Shown: positions 1 to 9,931 of the stretch, piece after piece | Layout: each line of letters starts with the position of its first letter | Position numbering within the stretch: position 1 is the first letter of the stretch | Assembly: GCA_944372415.1 (NCBI GenBank) | Contig: CALVZA010000016.1 | Span: 1-60,390, forward strand | Direction of reading: 5' to 3' | DNA from: an uncultured Bacilli bacterium | Lineage (GTDB): Bacteria; Bacillota_I; Bacilli_A; RF39; UBA660 | Length of the DNA stretch: 60,390 nt | The notes under the pieces: model-generated | Told to the model about the DNA's origin: nothing | Databases searched by the model: none | Seen by the model: only the letters and a program-made list of their open reading frames with translations | Program-made: the position numbers and the translations under genes

Positions 1-323
1 GGCAAATACATCCATTCAGAGAAGGAAATACTAGAACTACAGCATTATTTATAGAAAAGTATTTAGTATCACTTGGATATGATGTGGATAACACTATGTT
101 CAAAGAAAAATCAGTTTATTATAGAAATGCATTAGTAAGAAGTAATTATTTTAATAATTACTTAAATATAAAACAAGATAATAGTTTCTTAATTAAATTC
201 TATGAAAATTTATTATTAGGTAAAAATAATAATTTACATTCAAAAGATTTAATTATAGAAAAATTATTTAATAAAGAAAATAAAAAAAATAGTAAAATCA
301 ATAATAAGGAAACAGGAGTATAG
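1..323 (+). CDS. Fic-domain protein, C-terminal part (gene starts upstream of the window)
   Basis: Frame 3 is open from the window edge. Nt 3-83 read QIHPFREGNTRTTALFIEKYLVSLGYDVDNT and continue directly into the listed 84..323 ORF. HPFxEGNxR is the Fic active-site loop. Here it is HPFREGNTRTTA, so the second Gly and the last Arg of the HPFx[D/E]GNGRxxR consensus are replaced. Confidence 0.75.
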   Translation, partial: QIHPFREGNTRTTALFIEKYLVSLGYDVDNTMFKEKSVYYRNALVRSNYFNNYLNIKQDNSFLIKFYENLLLGKNNNLHSKDLIIEKLFNKENKKNSKINNKETGV

Positions 324-324
324 A

Positions 325-843
325 ATGAAAGAAATATTTTATAATTATGATAATCTTACAAAACAAGATATAGATGAAACAATTATTAGAACAAAAGCAT
401 TAATAATTAATGATAATAATGAAATAACACTAGGTTATTGCCATAAAACTTATCAATTTCCAGGTGGACATCTTGAAGAGGGAGAATCATTAAATCAATG
501 TTTAATACGTGAAATAGAAGAAGAAACAGGAATTAAATTAAAACATACAGAAATGAAACTTTTCCAAAAGACAACATATTATAATAAAAATTACCATGAC
601 TCAGGAAAAAATCGTGAAAATATAATATATTATTTTATAGTTAAAACTAATAAAACATTTAATATAAATAATATTAAATTAGATGATAATGAAAAAGATG
701 GTGGATTTTGTATCAAAACTTTTTCTATTAATGTTGTAGAAAAAGTTTTGATAGATAGTATTCCTAACAATCCAATTAATAAAGTAATAGTTGAAGAAAT
801 GTTAGATATTATAAAAGAATATAAAAAAATTACTAATATTTAA
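325..843 (+). CDS. NUDIX hydrolase
   Basis: Nudix box GGHLEEGESLNQCLIREIEEETGI matches GX5EX7REUXEEXGU. AGGAG lies 6 nt upstream of the ATG, and the ATG is 2 nt after the Fic stop. Confidence 0.85.
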   Translation: MKEIFYNYDNLTKQDIDETIIRTKALIINDNNEITLGYCHKTYQFPGGHLEEGESLNQCLIREIEEETGIKLKHTEMKLFQKTTYYNKNYHDSGKNRENIIYYFIVKTNKTFNINNIKLDDNEKDGGFCIKTFSINVVEKVLIDSIPNNPINKVIVEEMLDIIKEYKKITNI

Positions 844-906
844 TAATACTTATAAGTATATAATAAAATTTCTGTTTTTATAAAATAAGAAAAGGAATAG
901 TTTAAT

Positions 907-1107
907 ATGAATGTAGTTGAATATGATAAAAAGTATGAAAAAGATGTAAAATTACTATTAAAAGAATTGCAAGAATATATAGTATCTATTGATCCATATC
1001 ACTTTAATATTATAGATGATAATTATGAAGATAAAATTTTTATAAAAGATATGGAAGAAGTAAATAAAAACATATATCAAAAATACTTAATATATAAGTT
1101 GAAATAA
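907..1107 (+). CDS. Small hypothetical protein (66 aa), possibly the N-terminal remnant of a larger gene
   Basis: ORF with AAGGAA upstream. No recognisable motif. It is followed by 300 bp with no ORF. The resemblance to the N-terminus of small acetyltransferases is only an impression. Confidence 0.25.
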   Translation: MNVVEYDKKYEKDVKLLLKELQEYIVSIDPYHFNIIDDNYEDKIFIKDMEEVNKNIYQKYLIYKLK

Positions 1108-1311
1108 ATTATATGTACTATTTAATATGAAATTTATTAAAAAAAGACATAAAAACTGCTATTTCGTAACAACAATTAACAAAAATTATAAAAAATATAG
1201 TATTATTAAATTGCGTAATAAATTAAGAGTAAAGTTAAGTGTATATTATTTTAAAAGATAAATTTATTATGCTAATTAGTATTCTATATTGATTTAAAAG
1301 AATACTTAACT

Positions 1312-1342
1312 AAGAGTAACAAAGATTTACTCTTTTTATTTT
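1312..1342 (+). terminator. Rho-independent terminator-like hairpin
   Basis: Arm aagagtaa (1312-1319), loop caaagat, arm ttactctt (1327-1334), then tttatttt. An 8-bp hairpin agtattct/agaatact (1278-1306) lies just upstream. Confidence 0.4.
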
Positions 1343-1420
1343 ATATAAAAAATGTAAAAATTAATATTCATATTATTAAAATAATTATAAATATAGTATA
1401 ATTATATCGGAGTGATGTAT

Positions 1421-2758
1421 ATGGATAAATATAATGAACTTTCTAATCTTTATGATACCTTTATTTATGAAAGTTATAACATTGAGAAAAAAAATAACAA
1501 AGTATTAATAACTTTCGATTTCAATATACCAAATTTAACTCACTTTTACCCAAGTATAGAAATTGATGATTTTGAAATTACAGATTTTACTGAATATTTA
1601 GTTTTTCACTTAGGATTAATAGAATTAATTAGTTATTGGAAAGCAACTTGCAGTAAAAATGTAATTATAAAAGCAGGTTATTTAAATGATGATCAAATAG
1701 AGTTCTTTAAAAAATTATATTTTTATGGTCTAGGAGAATTATTTTATACAAATAATATTGAAGTATCTTATGATAACTTTATGAAAATAACTTGTACAAA
1801 TACTCCAAAAGAAATCTCTATTCCAAACTATAACGGATTTGGTAATTTAATTCCTATAGGTGGAGGTAAAGATTCTAATGTCACATTAGAAATATTAAAA
1901 AATTATTTTGAAATTAATACACCATTTATTATAAATACTAAAGATGTAAATTTAAAATGTGCATTAGTTGCGGGTTATCAACAAAATAAAATTGCAACTG
2001 TTAAAAGAAATTTAGATAAAACTTTACTAGAATTAAATAAAAAAGGGTTTATAAACGGACATACCCCATTTAGTGCAATAGTTGCGTTTACATCATATAT
2101 AGAAGCGTATATATTAAATAAAAAATATATCATTCTCTCAAACGAATCAAGTGCAAATGAATCTAATGTAGAAGGAACTAAAATTAACCACCAATATTCT
2201 AAAACTTATGAATTTGAAAATGATTTTAACAATTACACTAAAAAATATTTTAAAATTGATATCAAATATTTTAGTTTACTAAGACCATTGTCTGAATATC
2301 AAATTGCACTACTATTTTCACATTATGAAAAATACCATAATATATTTAAAAGTTGTAATGTAGGTAGTAAAACTGTTCCATGGAAATGGTGTTGTAATTG
2401 CCCTAAATGCTTATTTGTATTTATAATATTAAGTCCTCATCTCTATAAAGAAAAATTAGTAAAAATTTTTGGAGAAGATTTATATGAAAAAAAAGAATTA
2501 TTAAATACCTTTATTGAACTAACGGGAAATGGAAAAACAAAACCATTTGAATGCGTTGGAACTTATCACGAAGTTAGGTATTCAATTACAAAGATTATAA
2601 ATAAATTAGATAAATTACCATATTTACTAGAATATTACAAAAACAATTATAAATTAGAAGATACTAGTATAAAATTAGAAAATAAATTTAATGAAGAAAA
2701 TAACCTAGATGAAAAATTTATCAAATTATTAAAAGAGGAGTTAGATAAATATGTATAA
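1421..2758 (+). CDS. murL: PP-loop-type ATP-utilising protein; candidate UDP-MurNAc-L-Ala-L-Glu epimerase (MurL-like)
   Basis: GGGKDSNVT resembles the SGGxDS PP-loop. There is a Cys cluster SCNVGSKTVPWKWCCNCPKC. The start was moved to ATG 1421, which lies 8 nt after GGAG at 1409-1412. The stop overlaps the downstream MurD-family gene by 8 nt. Assignment rests on gene-pair architecture plus the ATP-pyrophosphatase motif, not on verified homology. Confidence 0.5.
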   Translation: MDKYNELSNLYDTFIYESYNIEKKNNKVLITFDFNIPNLTHFYPSIEIDDFEITDFTEYLVFHLGLIELISYWKATCSKNVIIKAGYLNDDQIEFFKKLYFYGLGELFYTNNIEVSYDNFMKITCTNTPKEISIPNYNGFGNLIPIGGGKDSNVTLEILKNYFEINTPFIINTKDVNLKCALVAGYQQNKIATVKRNLDKTLLELNKKGFINGHTPFSAIVAFTSYIEAYILNKKYIILSNESSANESNVEGTKINHQYSKTYEFENDFNNYTKKYFKIDIKYFSLLRPLSEYQIALLFSHYEKYHNIFKSCNVGSKTVPWKWCCNCPKCLFVFIILSPHLYKEKLVKIFGEDLYEKKELLNTFIELTGNGKTKPFECVGTYHEVRYSITKIINKLDKLPYLLEYYKNNYKLEDTSIKLENKFNEENNLDEKFIKLLKEELDKYV

Positions 2759-4088
2759 TACTATACTTGAAAAAATAAAAAATAAAAATATTGCAATATT
2801 AGGATTTGGTAAAGAAGGTATATCAACTTATAAATTTATAAGAAAGTATTTATCTAATCAAAATATAACAATAATAGATAAAAATATAAATTTAAAAGAA
2901 AACAATAAATTTTTAAACGAAGATAAAAATATTACATATGTTTTAGGAGATAATTATTTAGATAATTTAAATATATACGACTTAATAATAAAATCTCCCG
3001 GTATAAAAATTTTTAATGATACTTTAAGAGAAATAGAAGATAAAATAACTTCTCAAATAGAGATAGCGTTAGAATTATATAGAAATAACATAATAGGAAT
3101 AACAGGAACTAAAGGTAAAAGTACAACATCTTCATTATTATATAAAATTTTAAAAGACCAAAATATTGATTGCTTATTACTAGGAAATGTTGGTAATCCA
3201 ATATTTGATTATATTGAAGATATAAAAAAAGATACTATATTAGTTATAGAAATGTCTAGTTATCAATTAGATTTAGTAAAATATTCTCCTCATATTGGAA
3301 TAATTTTAAACTTATTTGAAGATCATTTAAATTACCATATAACAAAAAAAGAGTATCACTATGCTAAATTAAATATATTTAAATATCAAACTGATAAAGA
3401 TTATGCACTATATACTTCTTCTAATAAAAATATTCTTAAATATATAAAAACTAATAACTATAAAGCAAAATTTATAGATATTAATAAAGAATTTAAATTC
3501 ATAAATGATGATATATATTATAAAAATATAAAAATATATAATAAAAATGCTAAAAGATTATTAATAGGCGAGCATAATTTATCTAACATATTATTTATAT
3601 TAAAATTAGCAATTATGTTAAAATTAGATATTAATAAAACTATAAAATCTATTGAAGAATTTAAACCATTAGAACATCGAATGGAGTATATTGGTAAATA
3701 TAATGGTATAGATTATTATAATGATTCTATTGCAACAATTCCAGAAGCTACAATAAATTGTTTAGAAACATACAAAGATATAGATACGCTTATTTTTGGT
3801 GGATTAGATAGAGGAATTGATTACACATCATTTATAGATTATTTAAATAATTCAAATATAAATAATTTTATATGTATGCCAGAAACTGCGCATAGACTTT
3901 CTGAATTTTTAAAAAAAGGTAATATTTATAAAGTAGAAACATTAGAAGAAGCAGTAGAAATTGCAAAAAATGTAACAAAAAAGTCTTGTCTTTTATCTCC
4001 GGCAGCCCCTAGTTATAACGCATTTAAAAACTTTGAAGAAAAAGGAAAAAAATATAAAGAATTAGTAACTAATAATGAAAATAAGTAA
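2751..4088 (+). CDS. murD: UDP-N-acetylmuramoyl-L-alanine--glutamate ligase (MurD family; possibly the L-Glu-specific MurD2 type)
   Basis: N-terminal Rossmann motif ILGFGKEGIST. Mur ligase P-loop GITGTKGKSTTSSLL. MurD-like C-terminus LLSPAAPSYNAFKNFEEKGKKY. GAGGAG lies upstream of the ATG. Confidence 0.8.
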   Translation: MYNTILEKIKNKNIAILGFGKEGISTYKFIRKYLSNQNITIIDKNINLKENNKFLNEDKNITYVLGDNYLDNLNIYDLIIKSPGIKIFNDTLREIEDKITSQIEIALELYRNNIIGITGTKGKSTTSSLLYKILKDQNIDCLLLGNVGNPIFDYIEDIKKDTILVIEMSSYQLDLVKYSPHIGIILNLFEDHLNYHITKKEYHYAKLNIFKYQTDKDYALYTSSNKNILKYIKTNNYKAKFIDINKEFKFINDDIYYKNIKIYNKNAKRLLIGEHNLSNILFILKLAIMLKLDINKTIKSIEEFKPLEHRMEYIGKYNGIDYYNDSIATIPEATINCLETYKDIDTLIFGGLDRGIDYTSFIDYLNNSNINNFICMPETAHRLSEFLKKGNIYKVETLEEAVEIAKNVTKKSCLLSPAAPSYNAFKNFEEKGKKYKELVTNNENK

Positions 4089-4120
4089 GATGTAATACTT
4101 TGTCTTACTTATTTTTTTTC

Positions 4121-4873
4121 TTAATATGGTAATAACATTCTTAACTTAAATTTCCATAATGGCATACTAGAATTAATTGATAGTCTCGGAATAACATATT
4201 TATTATCTTTATTGCTAGCCTTTTTAAAGTCGCCATCATATCCAAAGCCAAATGCTAAGTTATAATCATTTTCTTTTAATACCTTAATCATATCATCATT
4301 ATATTCTCCATAAGGATATGCATAATATTTGGTATCAATTAGTTTTTTTTGCTTTTTAAAATCGTTAACATAGTCTTCATAACTCATATTTAAAGCCTCG
4401 TGATTATTGTGCATATCATAACTATGTGAAGCAAATTCTATATTAGGATATTCTTTCTTTGTTTTCTCAATATATTCTTTATTAAAAAATATTCCTTCAT
4501 CGTTCTCAATTCTATTTCCTATTAAAAATACTACTGCATTAAAACCATACTTTTTTAATATTGGAAATGCTAATTCATAATTATTTTTATAACCATCATC
4601 AAAAGTAATTAAAACTGTATTTTTTCCAATTTTACATTTATTATTCATATAACATTCCATTTCATCTAATGTTAAAGATTTAAAATTCATCTTTTTTAAA
4701 TATTTCATTTGTTTTTCAAACTTTTTAACATATATCCTCATATCATTACTTTCATTATTTTCAGAAATAACACCATGGTAACCTAAAACGGCAACTTTAT
4801 TAGGTAATAAAAAATAAATACTAACCCCCATTAGTAAAATAAATGCAAAAATTAAAACAATTTTTTTTACCAT
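4121..4873 (-). CDS. Polysaccharide deacetylase (NodB homology domain), membrane-anchored
   Basis: N-terminal TM helix, NodB motifs ITFDDGYKNN and HSYDMH. The start was moved to ATG 4873 (MVKKIV), preceded by AGGTGA. The GTG at 4882 overlaps that SD. Confidence 0.8.
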   Translation of the reverse strand: MVKKIVLIFAFILLMGVSIYFLLPNKVAVLGYHGVISENNESNDMRIYVKKFEKQMKYLKKMNFKSLTLDEMECYMNNKCKIGKNTVLITFDDGYKNNYELAFPILKKYGFNAVVFLIGNRIENDEGIFFNKEYIEKTKKEYPNIEFASHSYDMHNNHEALNMSYEDYVNDFKKQKKLIDTKYYAYPYGEYNDDMIKVLKENDYNLAFGFGYDGDFKKASNKDNKYVIPRLSINSSMPLWKFKLRMLLPY

Positions 4874-4899
4874 CCTAATCACCTAAACTAATTATATCA

Positions 4900-6321
4900 T
4901 TAATATAATAAGTCAATATAATTTTTGTAATCTTTTAAAAGTTCTTTTACAAAACATGATATATTATTTTTATTTACTAAAATAAAAATATTATTTTTTG
5001 TTCTTGTTAATGCAACATAAAATAATCTTCTTTCTTCATCAAATTTATATAATTCCTTATCAAATAAATTATCAATAATTTTATCATTCTTAATTTTGCT
5101 GGGAAACCCCATAATATCATCTATTAGATTTATCAAAATTATATTTTCACTTTCTAAACCTTTAGATTTATGTGCAGTAAAATAATTTAATTTGTTAATA
5201 TCTTCATACTTATCAACATAATAACTTATATCTTTATTATTCCTACCTATAATCATATAATCAGTTCCAACCAATTTTAATATTTTTTTTAAATCATCAA
5301 CATAATTATTAGAAAAAAATATTTTTATAGGTTTACTATTACTTTTATTACTAAATAATTCTTTTTTAAATTGAAATTTATTTTTACATATAAATTTATT
5401 ACTAATATATAACAATTCTTTGCTATTCCTATAAGTATTCTTTAAATACATAATTTCACTATTTAAAAAATTTTCTTTAAAATTTAAAAATAATTCAATA
5501 TCACTACCAGCAAATCTATATATACTTTGGTAATCATCTCCTACACACATTATTTTAGAATTATTATATTTCATAATACTCTTAATTAAATTTAATCTAA
5601 TTTTACTACTATCTTGAAATTCATCTATAATAATATATTTATAATTTAATTTTAATTTATATTTATTAATTAATTCAGTAGCTTTTATAATCATATCATT
5701 CAAATCAATAGAATTATTACTATTAAGTTCATTTTCATAAATATCATATATTTCTAATAAAAATAAGTAATTATATTTAATAAATTTATTTATATATATT
5801 TTATAAATAAAATTAATATCTAATCCTTTATTTTTTAATAAATTAATAAATGTAACTAAATTTCTTTTATATAATATAAATTCTTTACTATTAATAATTT
5901 CATTATATTTAAAGTTTTTAAATTCTAACATTAATAAATATTTTCTACAACTATATTTAACAACACTTAAAAAATATTCATCTACAATATATTCTAAATA
6001 TTTATTATCTACAATATTAATATTTTTATAAAACATATTTATTATATTTAATCCTAACTTATGAAAAGTATAACAATCAATATTTATTCCAATATTTTTT
6101 AACTTATTTCTTAAACCATTAGTTGCTTCATTAGTTAAACTTATACAAAGTATTTCATTTTCTTTATAACCTAAACTTAATAAATATTTAACTTTACCAA
6201 GTATTGTACTAGTTTTTCCACATCCAGCACCAGCAACTACTAATAAATTTTTATCACATTTAACACATTCTATTTGATATTTATCTAAATAATATCCATC
6301 AATATAAAATAGTTTATCCAA
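4900..6321 (-). CDS. UvrD/Rep-family (SF1) DNA helicase, minimal 473-aa form
   Basis: Walker A AGAGCGKTST, motif II IIIDEFQDSS, motif III GDDYQSIYRFAGS, motif V HKSKGLESENIIL, motif VI FYVALTRTKNNIFIL. TTG start, preceded by GAGGTGG. Confidence 0.85.
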   Translation of the reverse strand: MDKLFYIDGYYLDKYQIECVKCDKNLLVVAGAGCGKTSTILGKVKYLLSLGYKENEILCISLTNEATNGLRNKLKNIGINIDCYTFHKLGLNIINMFYKNINIVDNKYLEYIVDEYFLSVVKYSCRKYLLMLEFKNFKYNEIINSKEFILYKRNLVTFINLLKNKGLDINFIYKIYINKFIKYNYLFLLEIYDIYENELNSNNSIDLNDMIIKATELINKYKLKLNYKYIIIDEFQDSSKIRLNLIKSIMKYNNSKIMCVGDDYQSIYRFAGSDIELFLNFKENFLNSEIMYLKNTYRNSKELLYISNKFICKNKFQFKKELFSNKSNSKPIKIFFSNNYVDDLKKILKLVGTDYMIIGRNNKDISYYVDKYEDINKLNYFTAHKSKGLESENIILINLIDDIMGFPSKIKNDKIIDNLFDKELYKFDEERRLFYVALTRTKNNIFILVNKNNISCFVKELLKDYKNYIDLLY

Positions 6322-6479
6322 ATTATATTACTTCACCACCTCTATTATAAATATTATAAAAAAATTAGTAGTTCCTTTAATTAAAATAATTAACACAAAA
6401 AAAACTTTAAAATTAATTTAAAAATAAATGCATATTGTTTTAAATATAAATTTTTAAATTAGATTTTTTATGGTCCTTT

Positions 6480-9400
6480 TTATAAAGAAACTAATTCATC
6501 ATTAATAATACTGTATAAATATAAATTTACATTTTTATTAAAGGTTTTTTTAATATAATCTTTATATCCATTTAATTGTTCTAAATATTCTAGACTTGTA
6601 GTATTCATTAATTTATAATCAATAATATCAATATAATCATCATATTCTAACATTAAATCTATAATACCATGATATTTATCGTCATTTTCAACAAAAACAA
6701 ACTCATATTCCTTATATATTTTAGCCTTATCCAAATCTTTTAACACATCTTGAGATAAAAACTGATTTATATATATAACTTCTTTATCGTTTAAATTAGA
6801 ATAATCTGGATTTTTAAAATCTATAATTTCAAACAACTCATGTAAATAAGTGCCAAGTCTCATATTATCATTAATTTCACTAGTAACAATACTTATAACT
6901 TCTTTACTAAAATGTTTGTTAACAAGTTCTTGCTTATCAACATTGTTTATTTTAGTTTTGATAATATCATTTGTTTTAGAAATAACATCATTATAATTAT
7001 ATACTTTAACATTATTATATTCGTGAGTTAACCCAATACTATTTAAATCAATATTAACAAAATAACGCTCTATTCTTGATTTAACAGATAAAACAATATC
7101 TTTGAAACTCTTATACTTACTTCTAATTCTATTATCAATTACTCCATTTTCTTCTAATCCAGTATAATTTTCACTACTAAAGTCTCCTACTATAATCATT
7201 TTTTCTTTAGCTCTAGTAACGGCTACATATAATAACCTAATTCTTTCGCTTATATCTTCTTTTATATAATTGCTTTTAACTATTTCTTTAGTAATAACAT
7301 CTTCCAACCCCTCATTTTCAATAGGAGTAATAATACCATAATTATTATCAAAAATAATTTTATCTTTTAAATCACTCAAATTAAAAGGCTTATCAAATCC
7401 ACTAAAATAACAAATATGATATTCTAAACCTTTAGACTTATGAATTGTCATAATCTTAACAGTATTACCACTAGTATTACTCATATTTATTTTAATTTGT
7501 TTATTTTTATCAATAATATTACTTAAATAATCTAATATTTTATAAATACTATAACCTATATCATCTAATTCACTAAAAGTCTTATATAAATAATTTATTA
7601 TTAAAGTTTTATTTTCTATATTTCCAACTTTAATAAAATTATTAACAATATCAAAACTATCAACAATACTCTCCAATATATTAACATTACTCATATTGTC
7701 TATATTTTTAGATATATTTAAACATTTGTTAAAAATATCACTAGTATTAAAACTATTATTACTAAATAAATTAAAAATATCATCATCATTTAAATCACTT
7801 AAATAACTTCTGGCAATAGACATAAAAGAATATCTAAATTCAGTATCATACTCTTTTTTCTTTATCTTTATTACTAAATTAATCAAATGTTTTATTAAAA
7901 AAATTTCATTTTCATTAACAATATTTTCATCTTTATATAACGTAGTAGGTATACCAATATATTCAAATACCTTTTTATAAAGATCAAAATTAGTAGCCCT
8001 ATCCATTAATATTACAAAATCTTTATATTCTATATCACGTAACACTTGACTATCTTTATCAAATATCTGATATTTATTATTTATTTTATTTTTTATATCA
8101 TTAGCAATAATGAATGCTTCATATTCTTCTTTTTTAAAACCACTTTCTCTATTATATTCATAATTATATATTTCTAGATTATTATTTTGATTAGTTTTAC
8201 CTTCAATATTATAAGTAGTATTACCAAATACCATATTATGACTTATACTATATTCAGCCCCTCCAATATAATTATCCATAATTAAATTAAATATAATATT
8301 TATATCATCTAAAACTTCACTTCTACTTCTAAAGTTTTTAACTAAGTCAATCTTAGTTCCTCCATTTAAATTACTATATTTATCATATTTATTTTTAAAA
8401 AGAAGAGGGTTAGCATTTCTAAATCTATATATACTTTGTTTAACATCTCCAACCATATATACATTATTATTACTAATTAAATTTATAAAAATTTCTTGTA
8501 AATCACTAGTATCTTGATATTCATCAACACATATTTCATGAAAATTATATTTAAGTTCATCTCTAACATCAATATTATTTTTTACTACATCAATAGCCAT
8601 AATACTGATATCATTAAATTCATACTTATTTATTTTTCTTTTATATTCTTTAATTTTATAATCTAATTCTTTTATAATATCTATTATAGCAATTACATAA
8701 TTTTTAGTATTTAATATATTATTTTTTAATTCGTCTTTTGTATAATAACACATGTTGTTTATATCTTTTATTATAGAACTTATTTCATTTTTTATTTCTT
8801 TACCTACTTCAGTAGCACCACGTAATATTCCCAATTTTACTAAACAATTATTTCTTATACTATTATAATCTTTAGAATTTAATAAATCATTTAATTCTTT
8901 ATAATATTCATCAATATATTTTCCATCAACTTCATGTGATAAAAGAATTAATAATTTACTAATATTATTAACTTTTTCAATTATAAGTTTTTCATAATCA
9001 TTAATTATCTTATTAATAAAATCTTCATTAAAATAATTAGTTATATAACTATCTAAATATTCATTTTTATTTTCTAATAAATCTATTTTATTATTTATAT
9101 TTAAAATTAATTCTTTTAAAGTCTTATCATCTTTAACGCACAATAAATTAACTAAATTTAGAAATAATTTATCATTTAGTTTATATTTATTTTCAAATAT
9201 TTCATCAATTATAGTTTCTTTTTTTAAATCTATTATACTAGAATCTATTATACTTATATCATTTCCAATTCCTAACAAATAGTGATATTTTTTTACAACT
9301 GATAGAGCAAAAGAATCAAAAGTAGTAATATAAGCATTATCAATATAGTCTAATTCTTTTTTTAAGTTTATATCTTCTAATGTTGCTTTCTTAATAGAAT

Positions 9401-9605
9401 TTCTAATTCGTTCTTTCATTTCATGTGCTGCATTATTAGTAAATGTTAATATAAGCATATTCTTAATGCTTACTCCAGACTTTAATTTTCTAATAACTCT
9501 TTCTGTAAGTACAGCGGTTTTACCACTACCAGCACCTGCTGATACAATTATATTTTTACCACTTTCGTTTATTGCTAACTCTTGTTCACTAGTCCACTTC
9601 GGCAT
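6480..9605 (-). CDS. addA: ATP-dependent helicase/nuclease AddA (RexA)
   Basis: N-terminus WTSEQELAI...VSAGAGSGKTAVLTERV, motif VDEYQDTSDLQ, motif GDVKQSIYRFRNA. C-terminal RecB-type nuclease motif GIIDLML...IDIIDYK. Confidence 0.9.
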   Translation of the reverse strand: MPKWTSEQELAINESGKNIIVSAGAGSGKTAVLTERVIRKLKSGVSIKNMLILTFTNNAAHEMKERIRNSIKKATLEDINLKKELDYIDNAYITTFDSFALSVVKKYHYLLGIGNDISIIDSSIIDLKKETIIDEIFENKYKLNDKLFLNLVNLLCVKDDKTLKELILNINNKIDLLENKNEYLDSYITNYFNEDFINKIINDYEKLIIEKVNNISKLLILLSHEVDGKYIDEYYKELNDLLNSKDYNSIRNNCLVKLGILRGATEVGKEIKNEISSIIKDINNMCYYTKDELKNNILNTKNYVIAIIDIIKELDYKIKEYKRKINKYEFNDISIMAIDVVKNNIDVRDELKYNFHEICVDEYQDTSDLQEIFINLISNNNVYMVGDVKQSIYRFRNANPLLFKNKYDKYSNLNGGTKIDLVKNFRSRSEVLDDINIIFNLIMDNYIGGAEYSISHNMVFGNTTYNIEGKTNQNNNLEIYNYEYNRESGFKKEEYEAFIIANDIKNKINNKYQIFDKDSQVLRDIEYKDFVILMDRATNFDLYKKVFEYIGIPTTLYKDENIVNENEIFLIKHLINLVIKIKKKEYDTEFRYSFMSIARSYLSDLNDDDIFNLFSNNSFNTSDIFNKCLNISKNIDNMSNVNILESIVDSFDIVNNFIKVGNIENKTLIINYLYKTFSELDDIGYSIYKILDYLSNIIDKNKQIKINMSNTSGNTVKIMTIHKSKGLEYHICYFSGFDKPFNLSDLKDKIIFDNNYGIITPIENEGLEDVITKEIVKSNYIKEDISERIRLLYVAVTRAKEKMIIVGDFSSENYTGLEENGVIDNRIRSKYKSFKDIVLSVKSRIERYFVNIDLNSIGLTHEYNNVKVYNYNDVISKTNDIIKTKINNVDKQELVNKHFSKEVISIVTSEINDNMRLGTYLHELFEIIDFKNPDYSNLNDKEVIYINQFLSQDVLKDLDKAKIYKEYEFVFVENDDKYHGIIDLMLEYDDYIDIIDYKLMNTTSLEYLEQLNGYKDYIKKTFNKNVNLYLYSIINDELVSL

Positions 9606-9624
9606 AATAAATCACCACAATTAT

Positions 9625-9653
9625 ATTATAACAATTTATACATAATTATTGAA
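9625..9653 (-). promoter_or_regulatory. Candidate sigma-A promoter of addA (extended -10)
   Basis: On the minus strand: TTCAAT, 17 nt spacer, TATAAT with TGT immediately upstream (TGnTATAAT). It lies about 20 nt upstream of the addA SD GTGGTGA. Confidence 0.4.
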
Positions 9654-9931
9654 CAATAACTCAAGAAATTTTTATTAATAAATTATCTTTGATCGTATTT
9701 CTAAAAAAATAAATCTAGCCCAATAGATTTACAAAATTATGAATTAAAGTTATAATTTACTAAAGAAGAAAAAGTAAAAAAAGACAACATAAAAAATATT
9801 TTTAAATAATAATGAATTAGAAAATAAAAAAACATATTATAAACACTAAAATAAAAAATGTTGATAACCTTAAAGGTAACTATACTATTATTTATATCTA
9901 TGTATGTCTACTACTGAAAGGAATAATTAAA

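Noticed and set aside
1108-1411. A riboswitch or T-box leader upstream of the murL-like gene. The 8-mer aagagtaa occurs twice (1225-1232 and 1312-1319), and either copy could pair with ttactctt at 1327-1334, suggesting alternative structures.
   Set aside because: I could recognise no conserved riboswitch or T-box core motif. The region is almost pure A/T, so short complementary 8-mers are expected by chance. A TATAAT-like box lies downstream of the hairpin, so the hairpin more likely terminates the upstream unit. Only the terminator was kept as a feature.
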